From the NCBI RefSeq assembly GCF_000981445.1, contig NC_027217.1, positions 2,046,001 to 2,110,000 of the forward strand: a stretch of 64,000 nucleotides of DNA. The letters run 5' to 3'. This DNA comes from Babesia bigemina (lineage: Eukaryota). Of the stretch, positions 24,784 through 35,722 are shown in pieces; within the stretch, counting starts at the first letter, position 1; each line of letters begins with the position of its first letter. A program made the position numbers and the translations under genes. Under the pieces are notes generated by a model, which saw nothing but the letters and a program-made list of their open reading frames with translations, did not search any database and was not told the origin of the DNA.

Positions 24784-26586
24784 CTAGGGCTTGTAGATGA
24801 TCTTCAGTGGGATCTTGAATTCGGGGTGGTGTCGCTGAATCTCACGCAAAAATGCGTACCGCAGTTGGCCTTCGGACATGTTGATCCAGTCGTTGAACGG
24901 CACAACAACCGGCTGCGATGGGACCTCCGCGTGGCGCGGGTTGTAGAGGTCGCGGAAATACTCGTGCTGTAGCGCCTCGCTGACCTTGATGCGCTTCTCG
25001 GGGTTGAAGACCAGCATGCGCTGCAGGAGGTCGACGGCCAGGGGCGGGGTCGCCCTGAAACGCTTGTAAAGGTCAACGCCATTGCGCTTGTGGAACATGC
25101 GCACGTAACGGCGCACGTCGGGTTTTGCGATCGCTGCGATGTCCTCCTCACTCGGCGTGCCGATGACGTTGAAGATTATGTTGAGCTGGTCGTTGTCCTT
25201 AGCCCGGTCCGTGGAGTTCTTGTTGTCGGGGGAAAGCGGGAAGCACGAGGACCCCGGGAACAGGGGAGAACGCGCAGACGCGTCCGGCACGTTCATCTTC
25301 ACCATGTTCAGCAGCTCCGCGAAAATGCAACCAATGGACCACACGTCTATCGCGGAGGTGTAGTTTTCTTGCAGCAAAATGAGCTCGGGGGCGCGGTACC
25401 ACCGAGTGACCACGTGGCCGGTCAGCTGCCGGGCGAACGTCTCGTTCATCTTCTTGCGCTGGAAGTGCGCCAGCTCCTCGTTGTAGTCAAGCAGACGCGT
25501 GGAGTCGGGCATCGTCCTCACGCTGCTGTCGCCGCGGAACACCTCGTCCTCCACCTCGCGGGCGGTGTAGGAGCCGTGCGCCGAGAGCGGAGCCGAGTCG
25601 CGGCGGTGGGTGACCGTGCGCGCCAGACCGAAGTCGCAGATCTTCACGCTGCAGTCGCGGTTTACCAGGCAGTTGGCCGGTTTCAGGTCGCGGTGGTAGA
25701 TGCCCACGGCGTGCAGGTAGTTCACGCCGCAGAGCAAATTGTAAATGAGCAGACGGATGTGGTTGTCGTTCAAAAACGCCGGGGAGCGCACCAGCAGCTT
25801 GATGTCGGACGCCGCAATCTCAAGCACCACGTAAAGCACGTTGAAGTTCTCCAAGTCACTGGGGATCACAATATCCAACACCTTCACCACGTTGGGGTGG
25901 TCCAGCCGGTTCAGGATCGCAATCTCGCGCAAGATGCGCTTGCAGTCTATCAGGTCCTCGAAAACCTTGTGGATGCGCTTGATGGCCACGTAGCGCTGGT
26001 TCTCAATGTCGAAGGCGCGGCACACCTGGCCGTACGAACCCGACCCGACGATGTCGATCACTTTGTACTTCTCCGGCAGCTCCCACACCGTGTTCCCCGC
26101 GACCAGGTTTTGCTTGGCAGAGGCGCCCTTCGTACGCGTCGGCACGGGCGCGGGGTGCTGGCGCCGGTGCTCCGTCACGGGGCAGCTCGACTTGAAGTTG
26201 TTTTCACCGAAATGGTTCCTGGGCGGGTCGCGGGCGGACACGCTGATTCCCTTCGTCATGTTAGTGGGCGGCAGAGCCACGCCGCCGTGCGTCCCGTCGG
26301 CAGAATGCGGAACGTACTGCTTGCCGACGCTCGACATGCGCCGGAAAAGCGTCGAGGAGACCTCAGTGTCGGCCGAACTCAGCCGACGTGCGATAAGGGA
26401 TCCCTGCGGCTTCTTCACCTTCTCGCCAGCCACATCCGCGGAATCCTGGTAACCAGCCATGTTGGATTTCATGCCGATATAGTAAAGGTTGCGGGAGTCG
26501 GCCCTCGAGACCTCGCGCAGACGGTGCTGCTTCAGCTCCGACCGCGGCTCGGCTGCGGCCATATTCTGCCCGCAAAGAGGCGCCAT
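24784..26586 (-). CDS. Atypical mitogen-activated protein kinase (apicomplexan MAPK2/Pfmap-2 clade)
   Basis: GSGSYG, VAIKRI, HRDLKPAN, DFGLAR, and the activation segment LTGHVVTRWYRAPE; intronless, 600 aa. Confidence 0.92.
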   Translation of the reverse strand: MAPLCGQNMAAAEPRSELKQHRLREVSRADSRNLYYIGMKSNMAGYQDSADVAGEKVKKPQGSLIARRLSSADTEVSSTLFRRMSSVGKQYVPHSADGTHGGVALPPTNMTKGISVSARDPPRNHFGENNFKSSCPVTEHRRQHPAPVPTRTKGASAKQNLVAGNTVWELPEKYKVIDIVGSGSYGQVCRAFDIENQRYVAIKRIHKVFEDLIDCKRILREIAILNRLDHPNVVKVLDIVIPSDLENFNVLYVVLEIAASDIKLLVRSPAFLNDNHIRLLIYNLLCGVNYLHAVGIYHRDLKPANCLVNRDCSVKICDFGLARTVTHRRDSAPLSAHGSYTAREVEDEVFRGDSSVRTMPDSTRLLDYNEELAHFQRKKMNETFARQLTGHVVTRWYRAPELILLQENYTSAIDVWSIGCIFAELLNMVKMNVPDASARSPLFPGSSCFPLSPDNKNSTDRAKDNDQLNIIFNVIGTPSEEDIAAIAKPDVRRYVRMFHKRNGVDLYKRFRATPPLAVDLLQRMLVFNPEKRIKVSEALQHEYFRDLYNPRHAEVPSQPVVVPFNDWINMSEGQLRYAFLREIQRHHPEFKIPLKIIYKP

Positions 26587-27541
26587 TGGCCTTGCAGGCG
26601 TCTTTACTCTTACCCCGGCCGACTAGACAGGGGTGTCTGGAGCTCCCGAGGCATCGCCCAGGAACCTTGTAGACGCGGCACACAACACCCGCAAACACGA
26701 AAATGCAACTATTCCGGCTTACACACCTCAATGGTATCCAGTTTAAGCACACCACGAAGCGATGTGCACCTTCACACGGAGGGCGTCATAAGCAGTGCGC
26801 GCTGCCTGAGTACGGCTCATTGCGCCCAGGAGGGTGTGTCGCCTGCAAGGCAGTGCTCTGCGGCTCAACGCGCAACGGGCGTGTGACGCAGTACTTGGCT
26901 GCGCGTCAGTTCACACGTGTCTGCGCAGCTTTCGGGCCACCGACACACACATTGGCCCCGCAATGGAGCTGGGAATGGACACATCGCGGCGCATTCGCGG
27001 CACATCGCCGACTCCTGGCGAGTGACACATTCAAACGTGCCACAGCGCGGACGCGCCCGCGCGCGTATTCACGTCTGTGAGATCGGTTTTCTTTTAAGGC
27101 GTAGAACATTCAAGACATGCCGTGTCTGCGACTGATGGCGCTCGGCCGCAGTGCAGACTGTACACATTCCCGTTATGGCGCTGTATACTGGCTGTATTAC
27201 GTTGGTAGACTGTTGTGTGTTTGCGTCGTAGCGTGATGCGCAGCAGAAGATGCGACGCCGCGGATTTTTCCCATGCAGTCTAGCCGCTCCAGTCAACACA
27301 TCAGCGGTAGAGTAGACACGACCGTATGGCACCCAGAGTACCACTAAATTAGCGTACATGGCCATGTCTTTATGTTTGGCCATTTATATTTCTGGTCCTA
27401 GTGCCCTTGCGCGGCGTATGCGGGGGCTGCCCCGCGCCCGAACACGAAACGGCATTCCGCCAGTAGCAACGTCTTATCGCAGCTGTGTTACAGTGAAACC
27501 TATATTTGAAATGCGGAAGGTCACACGGGGGTGCCTATAGC

Positions 27542-30500
27542 ATGGAAGATAGCCCGAACCGCCGCTCGCCCGGCGCCCACAACGCGGAGGCCCAGACGCC
27601 GGGCGCTCAATCCGTGGATCGCGGGTCAGACGGCGCCGCAGTTGGCGCCAATACACCCGTGGTTGCGGGTGGTTACATTGTGGGCGAGCGTCCGGCGCTG
27701 GTGAACGGCGGTCGCTCACTGGCGGTGGTGAACAACCAGAAGTCCACCATATACGAATGCAAACGAGGTCAGAAAGTGGCAGATTGCACGCTTCACGATG
27801 ACATGGTACGTATTGATGCAATATACGGTGGTTTCGTGTAGCGGCGGTGGTCGTATGGGTTGGTGCAGTGGCGGTTGTGCGCCTCCTGTGTTGATACAGT
27901 GGTTGTCGTTTCACATTAATTGGAAACCGTGTGCCCAAAGGCAGCTTCTTATGACGGTTGCGTGCTCAATGTGTGCCTATGTGTTGTAGTTGTTTGCTGC
28001 GGTGCCGTTGCATTCGACCTGGCGCGTTACTCGACCTTGACATGAATCATGCAGATCGTTTCCTGCGACACCTTCGCATACGCCGATGATATCGATCTTG
28101 TCTTCACGGCGTCGAACGATGGGATACTGAAGATCCTGGCAGTGGCGCAGCAGGATGGTGGTACCGAGGAGCGAGCCCTGCTTGCGACATTCCGCATCTC
28201 GAACGGGGGGCTGCTCAGCGTGAGGCCTGCGAAATCAAGCGGGCAGCTGGTCGGCGTGTACGCCAGTGGAGAGGGCACGGAAGAAACAACTGTGGTCCTC
28301 ATCGAACTGGATTACGCAGCGCTGCTGGATCCGGATATTCAATTTCCACTCGATCAGCCGATACCGATATACGGCGGTGGAGTGGGTGGCGACAATGGAC
28401 ATCACGGCGGTTTCGCTAACACCGTCGACTCGATGGATGTGGATGTTGCTAATAAAAACGTAGCTGTAAAGGGGGCGGGGGACGCGGTTGTCGACAAATG
28501 TAGTTTTGGTGGCAGTGACGCTTTGAGCGATGCGACGGGCGGTGGTGCAACGGTGAACATGGGCGATGGCCAACATGGCGGAACGCCAAGGAGCGCAGAT
28601 TCTGTGCGGAACAGTGCCGATTTGTGTCGCACATTGCACAAGAAATTTGTCAAATCACGTCGGACACTGTGCGTCTTGCCCTCAAGAGTGGATGTCTTTG
28701 CGACGGATGCGGAGGTCGACGCCATCGCCTTCGCAGTTGGCAAAACCGCGATGATACTGAATATGGCGGCACGCAAGATAGTGTTTTTCGAGTGTTTCGC
28801 AAGCATCAGCTGCATCGCATTCTCAGATTCGAACACGTTCGCCGTTGGTGACTCACGGGGCAGGATAGCCGTGTACTGCATCGATACCACGAAGGAAGCG
28901 CCTGCCACCGACAACCTCGTCATGACCTGCAACCTGCCCAACGACACATTCGAGCTCAACGCCACGCAGTTCAGAAAAGTGCTGCTGGCCTTCCACTCCT
29001 CGTATGCCGTCATTCGGGATGGGTCGGACATGGGCGCTTTCGAAAACTTCAAGAAAGTGACCGCCTCGGTCAACACGCTCATATGGCACGCGCACGGAGT
29101 TAACTGCCTGGCCTTCAATTCCAACAGCACGATGCTTCTCTCTGGCGGAGAGGAGGGAGTCCTGGTGGTCTGGCACCTCAGCTCCGGCGCCAAGAAATTC
29201 GTCACGCGGCTCGGCTCAGCGATATTCCACATTTTGTGCCAGCCGGACCACGGGTGGTACATACTTTGCTGCGAGGCCAATGAGATACTTTTCATCGACC
29301 CTTTCGCGCTATGCATTCGCGGCAGGATAGCTAGCGTGGCGGTGCCGGTGTACGTGGGCATGAAGGTGAACAAGGACGTCAGCCTTACAGCGATGCCACA
29401 CGGCCCATCGTCAGCGTCCTTGGCGGGAGGTGTACACGTCGACATCAACCGGGCAAATGTGTCGCTGACCATAGGTGACTGTCCCACGACGCCCCTCATT
29501 GAGCACTGGCCCATGACGGTGGCAGACTGGGTTTCGCCGGCGGGCGACTGTCCTCCAGAGGTGGTGGGAGGCAACGTTGCCGTCTACTCACGGTCGAACA
29601 AGCTGCAGATATACAATTACGTTCATGACCGCGAAGTAGGGTCGCTCACGCTGAAGAACGTAAACATACTGAGCCGGCAGGATGACGAATTCGGGCAGGA
29701 TTGGGAACTCGAGGGGCTGGCCATAAGCACGGACGGGCGAGTGGTGGTAACCGTCCAGTCGCGAAGCGTGATGAACTCCCCGTCGACCGCAGATGCAGAG
29801 GGAAACCTGGGGATGCTGCCAGCGTTTGAACACGAGCTGCTGCGAAACAACAAGAAGGGGTTGCTTAAATTCTGGGTAAGGCAAGCTGCCGACGCTGGCA
29901 ATGGACACGATACGGGGCACTATGAGGAAAATACTAAAATATCCAACCCGCATGGACATCGCACGACGTCCATACGGCAACTGAACAGTGACTACGCATT
30001 CCTCACCACGTCCCTGGATTCAGAATTCAAGCTGTGGCACCTCATCCGCAAACGCGTGCTTCAGAGCGATGACGTCTTCGCAACTTACAAGACGCTGCAG
30101 ATCGGGGAATCCGACAGGAACGTGAATCTCGACGAGCCTGGGAGCTGCATGTGGTTGTGCGTCGCGGTTGGTTCCTACAAGAACCTGCCCTGCTTCTCCA
30201 GTTCCCTGGCGATGTCCGGGGGTCTCATTGCCGTGTCGCACGATGTCGTAGTCACATTCTGGCGCACGGACGCGCAATGCAGCTCGATAAAACTGCTTGG
30301 CGCAGTGCCGCTCGTCGACGACAGTGAGGTAGGTGGAGTTGCCGGCGTCTCAATTTTTCCGCAGCCCACGCTCGACGAGGAGGATATGCAGGGGTTGGGA
30401 GGGCACCACATGCTGGCGTTCATCCACCCCGATCAGCCAAGGCTGATCCTACACTCCAAGCGGTCGCGGCTGGTAGTGGTGGACGTGGCGTCGGGTGTAA

Positions 30501-31237
30501 TCGTTTGGTCATACCCACTGGCAGAGGGCCAGGTGGTTGATCAGGTCATCTACTCCCCGCAGCTACCGAACCTGCTGGTTGTTGCTACAAGCACTATTGA
30601 CATCACGTCCAACGAGTGTTCCGGAGCATTAGAAATGTTCTGGCTCAATCAGACCGAAGGCAACGGTTTTGAGATCGAGCGGTTCTATGTCGACCAGCGT
30701 GAAATATCGAAAATCGTGCTCAACATGTGTCTGACACCCTCACCGCACGTCAGAGGATCGGCAGGGAGGAAGTCACAGAAGGGCGAGACTGCGGCGCCTG
30801 CGTTTGATCGCAATGCCCACGCGTCGGCACTCGTGCTGCTGACATCCAACTTCAACCTGGAGACTGTAAGCATCGTATCGGATCCATTCAGCCACCAAAC
30901 ACCGCGTGTCCAAGGCGTAAAACGGGCCCAGACGACGTTGCCAAGTCTACGGAAGGTCCCTTCGATGCAAAGGACGCCGCATTTCGATGTAGTCAGCTCG
31001 ATATTGGCGGCGCTGCGCTCGGACGCAGCAGGGCAGAAGAAGCGCGCCAAGCACAACCTGGCGGAGCAACTGTGCAAGTCGACGGAGTGGCAGCACCGGG
31101 TACGTCACCCGATGCCCAAGAGCGTACTGGGCGCTATGGTCGACGCCGGGTGCCCTACCTGTGCGCTACCGCCACCAAATATCGTGCTGAACCGGCTCCT
31201 ACATGTGGCGACGGTTCGACACCTCAGACAGAGCTAA
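27542..31237 (+). CDS. WDR75/Utp17 (t-UTP, SSU processome) WD40 protein
   Basis: Signature WHAHGVNCLAF...LLSGGEEGVLVVW...KKFVTRLG, plus LKFW, NPHG and FKLW. The first exon from 27542 (VAGG..) is joined to the long ORF at about 28055. Confidence 0.8.
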
Positions 31238-31868
31238 TTTTGATTTTGTGGAGGTTGCATGCCGCTGTCGAGTTGTTCGCGCAGCAGACGGAAGGCCGCG
31301 TCGAACTCGGCGTAGAGCGATTTCAGCTCCTCTCCTGCGCGTTCGCACTCTTCGTGGAGCAGCCGCGCCTCTTTGGCGACTTGGACCTGCGAGGGTGTTA
31401 CAGACTGGCAGGTGAACTGACCCTAGATGTTCGAAGGTCGGGAAGTTCGTCGATCGTGGCCTGCACGTGGTCGTTCAACAGCCCTAGGCGGTTGACTCGG
31501 TCCATGATCGATCCGGGTGCTGCATTGTCGCATGTCTCTTCAGCTTGAGCGCCCTCAGGGGCTGCCTCAGAGTCGGCGGTTGGCGCCGCGCCTTCTGCCG
31601 GCAGCTTGACACCCACCCGGGCGCATTCCTCCTGGAACTCCCGCGCCTTCTCAGGCGCTAACGTGAGGGTTATATCCTGCAAATTAATGGCAGGGTGCTA
31701 CTAATAGGGGCATGCTTCGGGTAGGACACGCAAGGCGCTGTTTAGTCACATCGGTCCATGCCAAAGTCCCGCGACAGAACTCACCGCAACGCTGTAAAGG
31801 GTGTTTTGGATTAGATTCTGCAGTTTGGTAACGGCATCGTCGGCTACCGGCGCGATGAACGCGCACAT
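31234..31868 (-). CDS. Mediator subunit Med21-like; 3 exons
   Basis: Exon 1 is MCAFIAPVADDAVTKLQNLIQNTLYSVA (compare Med21 DRLTQLQD). It continues IDELPD and then the coiled coil LLHEECERAGEELKSLY. Confidence 0.7.
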
Positions 31869-31951
31869 CTTGACAGCTACTGATGCGACATCGCGCCATA
31901 GACACAGCGGGTGTGTAGGCGCATTGATTAGTGTACACGGTTGCTATGGTA

Positions 31952-33384
31952 TCAGGAACCGCGGTGCCGCGGGAGGTCATCGCTAGGCTCATCCACGATC
32001 TCCTCGATGCGCGGCTTCGGGGCATCGTGATGGTCGTGGCCGTCATGGCCATGGCCATGGCCGTCGTGGTCATGACCATCGTCCTCGCCATGCCCGTGAT
32101 CGTGGCCATGGCCGTGACCGTCGTCGTGATCGCCGCAACCGTGATCATCGCCCTCGCCGTGGTCGTGACCGTGGCCGTGGTCATCTCCATGGCCCTCGGA
32201 GTGGTCATGGCCGTGGTCGTGACCATGGCCCTTACGAAGCTCGCTGGAGCTGCTGCTGCCGCCCTCCTCCTCGTTTGGCGCACCGTGGTCGTGATCGTGG
32301 CCGCAGCACCTGTGAGGTGGCGGAGGCGGGTACATCCATTTCTTGAAGTAGGTGTAGCCCGCGGAAAGACCGGCCATCGCCAGGATCAACACTCCCACCA
32401 CCACGTAGCAGACGCCCATCTTGTAGCCAACGCTGGATAGGGTCGTGTATTTCTCGATGATCACGCTCTTCCGCACTGCGACGTTATCGTTCGCGGCCCA
32501 CGCAAACTTACCGACTGTGGAGATGCGCTGGGTCACGTCGATGTTGACGTAGATGGGCAGCTTAAGGTCATCGGCCTTGAAAACACCGTACAGTTTCCGC
32601 ACAGTAGAAGTTGACGCGGGCTCAACCCAGTTGATGAAGTGGGAGTTCTCAACCCCCTCACCGACGTCTGCGCGTTGTTAACGGGAACGTGCGACTGCTT
32701 ACTGGGCTTGTCCATGTTCAACGCGCGACGCATGCTGGGCTTCTGGAGCCAAAAGGAGACGCTAGAGTGGTACTGGCGCACCTGGGAAGCCGACGGGTTA
32801 CGGAACAGCGTGTGCACGCCGCGCTTGTTGCAAATGGCGTCGCGGCTCTCGTCGAGCTCAATCGCCGTCTGCAGCGCTTTGTCGGAGAACAGCTCGTAGC
32901 GGTCGGTGAACACGGTGCGAGCTACCGCGCCACACGGGTACAAGATTTTGCCGTCGGTGTCGGTCATGTACGTCCCGCAATTCGCTAGGTCTGACACACG
33001 ATCCGTCACGTTACCCTGGTCACAAATGTTGGTCACCGACGGTAAACCTACGAAGAGCTGGTTGTAGTCGATGCTGCGACGGTAATCCTTGTGGTTCTGG
33101 TAGTAGCCGGCCAGCTTGTAGTAGAAACCGTAGTTGCCCTTGAGCGGAGAGGCAAGCTTCGGGCACGCCGACGCGTTGAATTCCACCACGCCTTTGGAGT
33201 TGGTGTTGATGTTGTAAGGGATCTCGCAGCGCGGCATGTTGCCGCAGCCCAGAATCAGAGCGATGCCTGCGCGCGTGTGACGCTATAGTACACGACACCT
33301 ACCCAGCACAAACAGGGTGAGACCGCCAGCGGTCAGAAACCCAAGCGCCCCTTTGGGGGTAATGGCCACTACTAGAGCCTTCAT
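31952..33384 (-). CDS. CDC50/LEM3 family P4-ATPase (flippase) beta subunit with His-rich tail; multi-exon
   Basis: N-terminal TM helix, YYKLAGYYQNHKDYRRSIDYNQL, YPCGAVARTVFTD, ENSHFINW...RKLYG, a C-terminal TM helix, then an H/G/D-rich tail. Confidence 0.88.
32025..32305 (-). repeat. Low-complexity His/Gly/Asp coding repeat (HGHDH-type)
   Basis: Repeated gtggtcgtgaccgtggcc / catggcc units on the + strand, encoding about 30 His residues. Confidence 0.9.
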
Positions 33385-33964
33385 TTCGCAATCACGCCTG
33401 TCTAAAAGGGCCCAGAGCCTCACAGCGCCGAAGGATACGGTCGGAGTACAACGCAACTGCGTATCAACGGCTACACGGCACTTTACACCCTTGGAAAGCC
33501 ACACAGTGCCATTTAAGCGTCACGGAAGGCTCATATACACGCTGTACAGTGTCTGAGGCCTGGGAAACAGAGAAAGACCAGGAAGATGTGGCTTGGTGCA
33601 GTGCGACATACAACGCCGACAGGATGTGTAGGATTGGGAGTAGCGACCTCGTTTGCCTACTCCCGTACAATCGACGCCGAAGAAAAGGGCAAAATTAGGT
33701 GTGCTTGCCACGCCCTGGGTCGGTGCGAATAAGAGTGCGAATCACAGCACGAGTGTGCGACCCGATGTGCGCCGCGCTATTGGCAACGGCGCGGCCGCGA
33801 GGTGACGACAGCCGCCCAGCGAGTTGCAAAAAGTGGATGTGGAAATCCGGTAGCATCGCGATTTGAAGCTCCGCGCTCGCAGGCTGCCGCGTAGACCATT
33901 CTGCTGTACGGCAGAACGGAGCATCGCACCGGCATCAACCGACCAGTGAACCGTTACAGCAGCC

Positions 33965-35575
33965 ATGGACGCCGTAGCTTACGCAGCGCTGCCGAGGGTG
34001 GTGCTCGACAACGGCTCCGGCAACCTGAAGTTCTCACTGGCCTCGAGCAAGAAGCCGCCGACGGTCATGCCGAACTGCATCGGCCAGCCGAAACGCAAGT
34101 TCACGTCACAGTCATTCAGCGCAGACACATCGCACAGCAGCCCCAGCGACCCTTTGTCATACGCGGAGCACGGGGAATCCATCGGAGACGCATGCTACAC
34201 CCTGTGGGAGTACTTCTGTCTGAGGCCCTGGGCCGACGGGCTGCTGTACGAGCCCAACCGCCAACGCACCATATGGAACAAGATCATGGGCAGGCCTCAT
34301 ATCAAGATAAACGGAGTGCCGGCGAACATGCTCGCGATAGCGCCCGCGAATGCCGCGCTGTGCATCACGGAGCCAAACATGGCGCCGGGGATGTGCCGGC
34401 AGACCCTGGCGGAGCTCATATTTGAGGACCTGGGCTTCTCACTGGCAGCCATCATGTCATCGCAGGCTGCCAGTAACTGGTACTATTCGGTTGCGAAGAA
34501 CCCTGCCTCTGGCGCGGCAAGCGATGCCAAGCTGACGGCTTACCCATCCGCTAGCGCCGCTCCGGCGTCGCTGCCGCCTGACACGGCGTGCTGCCTCGTT
34601 GTGGATTGCGGTTTCGGCAGTTCACATTGCGTGCCCTTCGCTAACGGGAAGCCGATACAGCGAGCGGCTCTGCGCAACGGACTGGCGGGCTCCCATCTCA
34701 ACGCGTACCTCAAAAACGTATCGGCAATACGCACAATCAACCTCGAGTTCAACGAACTGCTCGTGCAGCACATGAAGGAGGAGGCGTGCTACGTGTCAGC
34801 GGACTTCAACCTGGAGATGAGAGCGGCGCGGCAGCTTCGGCGTATCAAGGGGAGCTCGTGGCTCACCCACGACTACGTATTACCCACGTACGGAGGAAAG
34901 AGCAAATCGCACTTGCACAGGCATTTCAACAATCACAGTGTGAGCGCGCCGCCGTTGTTGACAGACGAAAGGCGCCCTGTTGTAGAGAGACTCGCCAGAG
35001 GAGCTACTTTGACCCCGGAGGACCTTGAAGCGATCGTGCCACAGCAGTCGGCGGACCATGCTAATGGCGATCAAACGGCGGAAAACAATAGAGCTGACGG
35101 TCAAACTAATGGGGACATGCAAAATACATTGGAGGCTGCAAATATTATCGCGGAAGAAACGGCAAAGGAGGACAAGAAAGCCAACAACCATGTAGTTGGA
35201 CTCTTCAACGAGCGTTTCGCAATTCCGGAACTGCTGTTCAGCCCCCAGGACCTGCGCCTGAATGAATGTGGCATTGCGGAGCTCGCGTTGCGCAGCATCG
35301 CCCTTGCTCCAACATGCCTGCAACGATACCTCGCCGAGAACGTGCTGCTAACGGGGGGAAGCACCAAATTCCCAGGGTTCACAGAGCGATTCTACAGCGA
35401 ACTCAGGGCGATGCTGCCGGCTGATTGGAACCTACAAATATACTCCGCCGAAGATAGGGCCTTAACAGCCTTCTACGGCGCAAGGCTGTATGCACGCGAT
35501 GACACCGCCTTCCTGGAAACGGCAGTCACGCGCAACTTCTACCTCGAACATGGCGGAATATACCCGCATCGGTAG
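33965..35575 (+). CDS. ARP6: Nuclear actin-related protein, ARP6-like
   Basis: VVLDNGS, VMPNC, ITEP, LVVDCGFGSSHCVP, KEEACYVS, NERFAIPELLFSP and LTGGSTKFPGF. Confidence 0.8.
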   Translation: MDAVAYAALPRVVLDNGSGNLKFSLASSKKPPTVMPNCIGQPKRKFTSQSFSADTSHSSPSDPLSYAEHGESIGDACYTLWEYFCLRPWADGLLYEPNRQRTIWNKIMGRPHIKINGVPANMLAIAPANAALCITEPNMAPGMCRQTLAELIFEDLGFSLAAIMSSQAASNWYYSVAKNPASGAASDAKLTAYPSASAAPASLPPDTACCLVVDCGFGSSHCVPFANGKPIQRAALRNGLAGSHLNAYLKNVSAIRTINLEFNELLVQHMKEEACYVSADFNLEMRAARQLRRIKGSSWLTHDYVLPTYGGKSKSHLHRHFNNHSVSAPPLLTDERRPVVERLARGATLTPEDLEAIVPQQSADHANGDQTAENNRADGQTNGDMQNTLEAANIIAEETAKEDKKANNHVVGLFNERFAIPELLFSPQDLRLNECGIAELALRSIALAPTCLQRYLAENVLLTGGSTKFPGFTERFYSELRAMLPADWNLQIYSAEDRALTAFYGARLYARDDTAFLETAVTRNFYLEHGGIYPHR

Positions 35576-35722
35576 AGGCTGATGCCGCCACTACCGGTCA
35601 ACCGCCTTGTCCCACCGACATACGCGCCTTTGGTGTGTAGGTGTCCAGCAGCGAGAAGGCTGCAACACATCCTATAATGTAGTCCGCGTGAAAATGCTGC
35701 GCGGATAATCGCACTGCATATC

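Noticed and set aside
32025..32305. Repeat array considered as CRISPR or satellite; 31931-32440 hydrophobic ORF
   Set aside because: There is no repeat-spacer structure. It is the coding His-rich tail of CDC50, and the + ORF is its antisense shadow.
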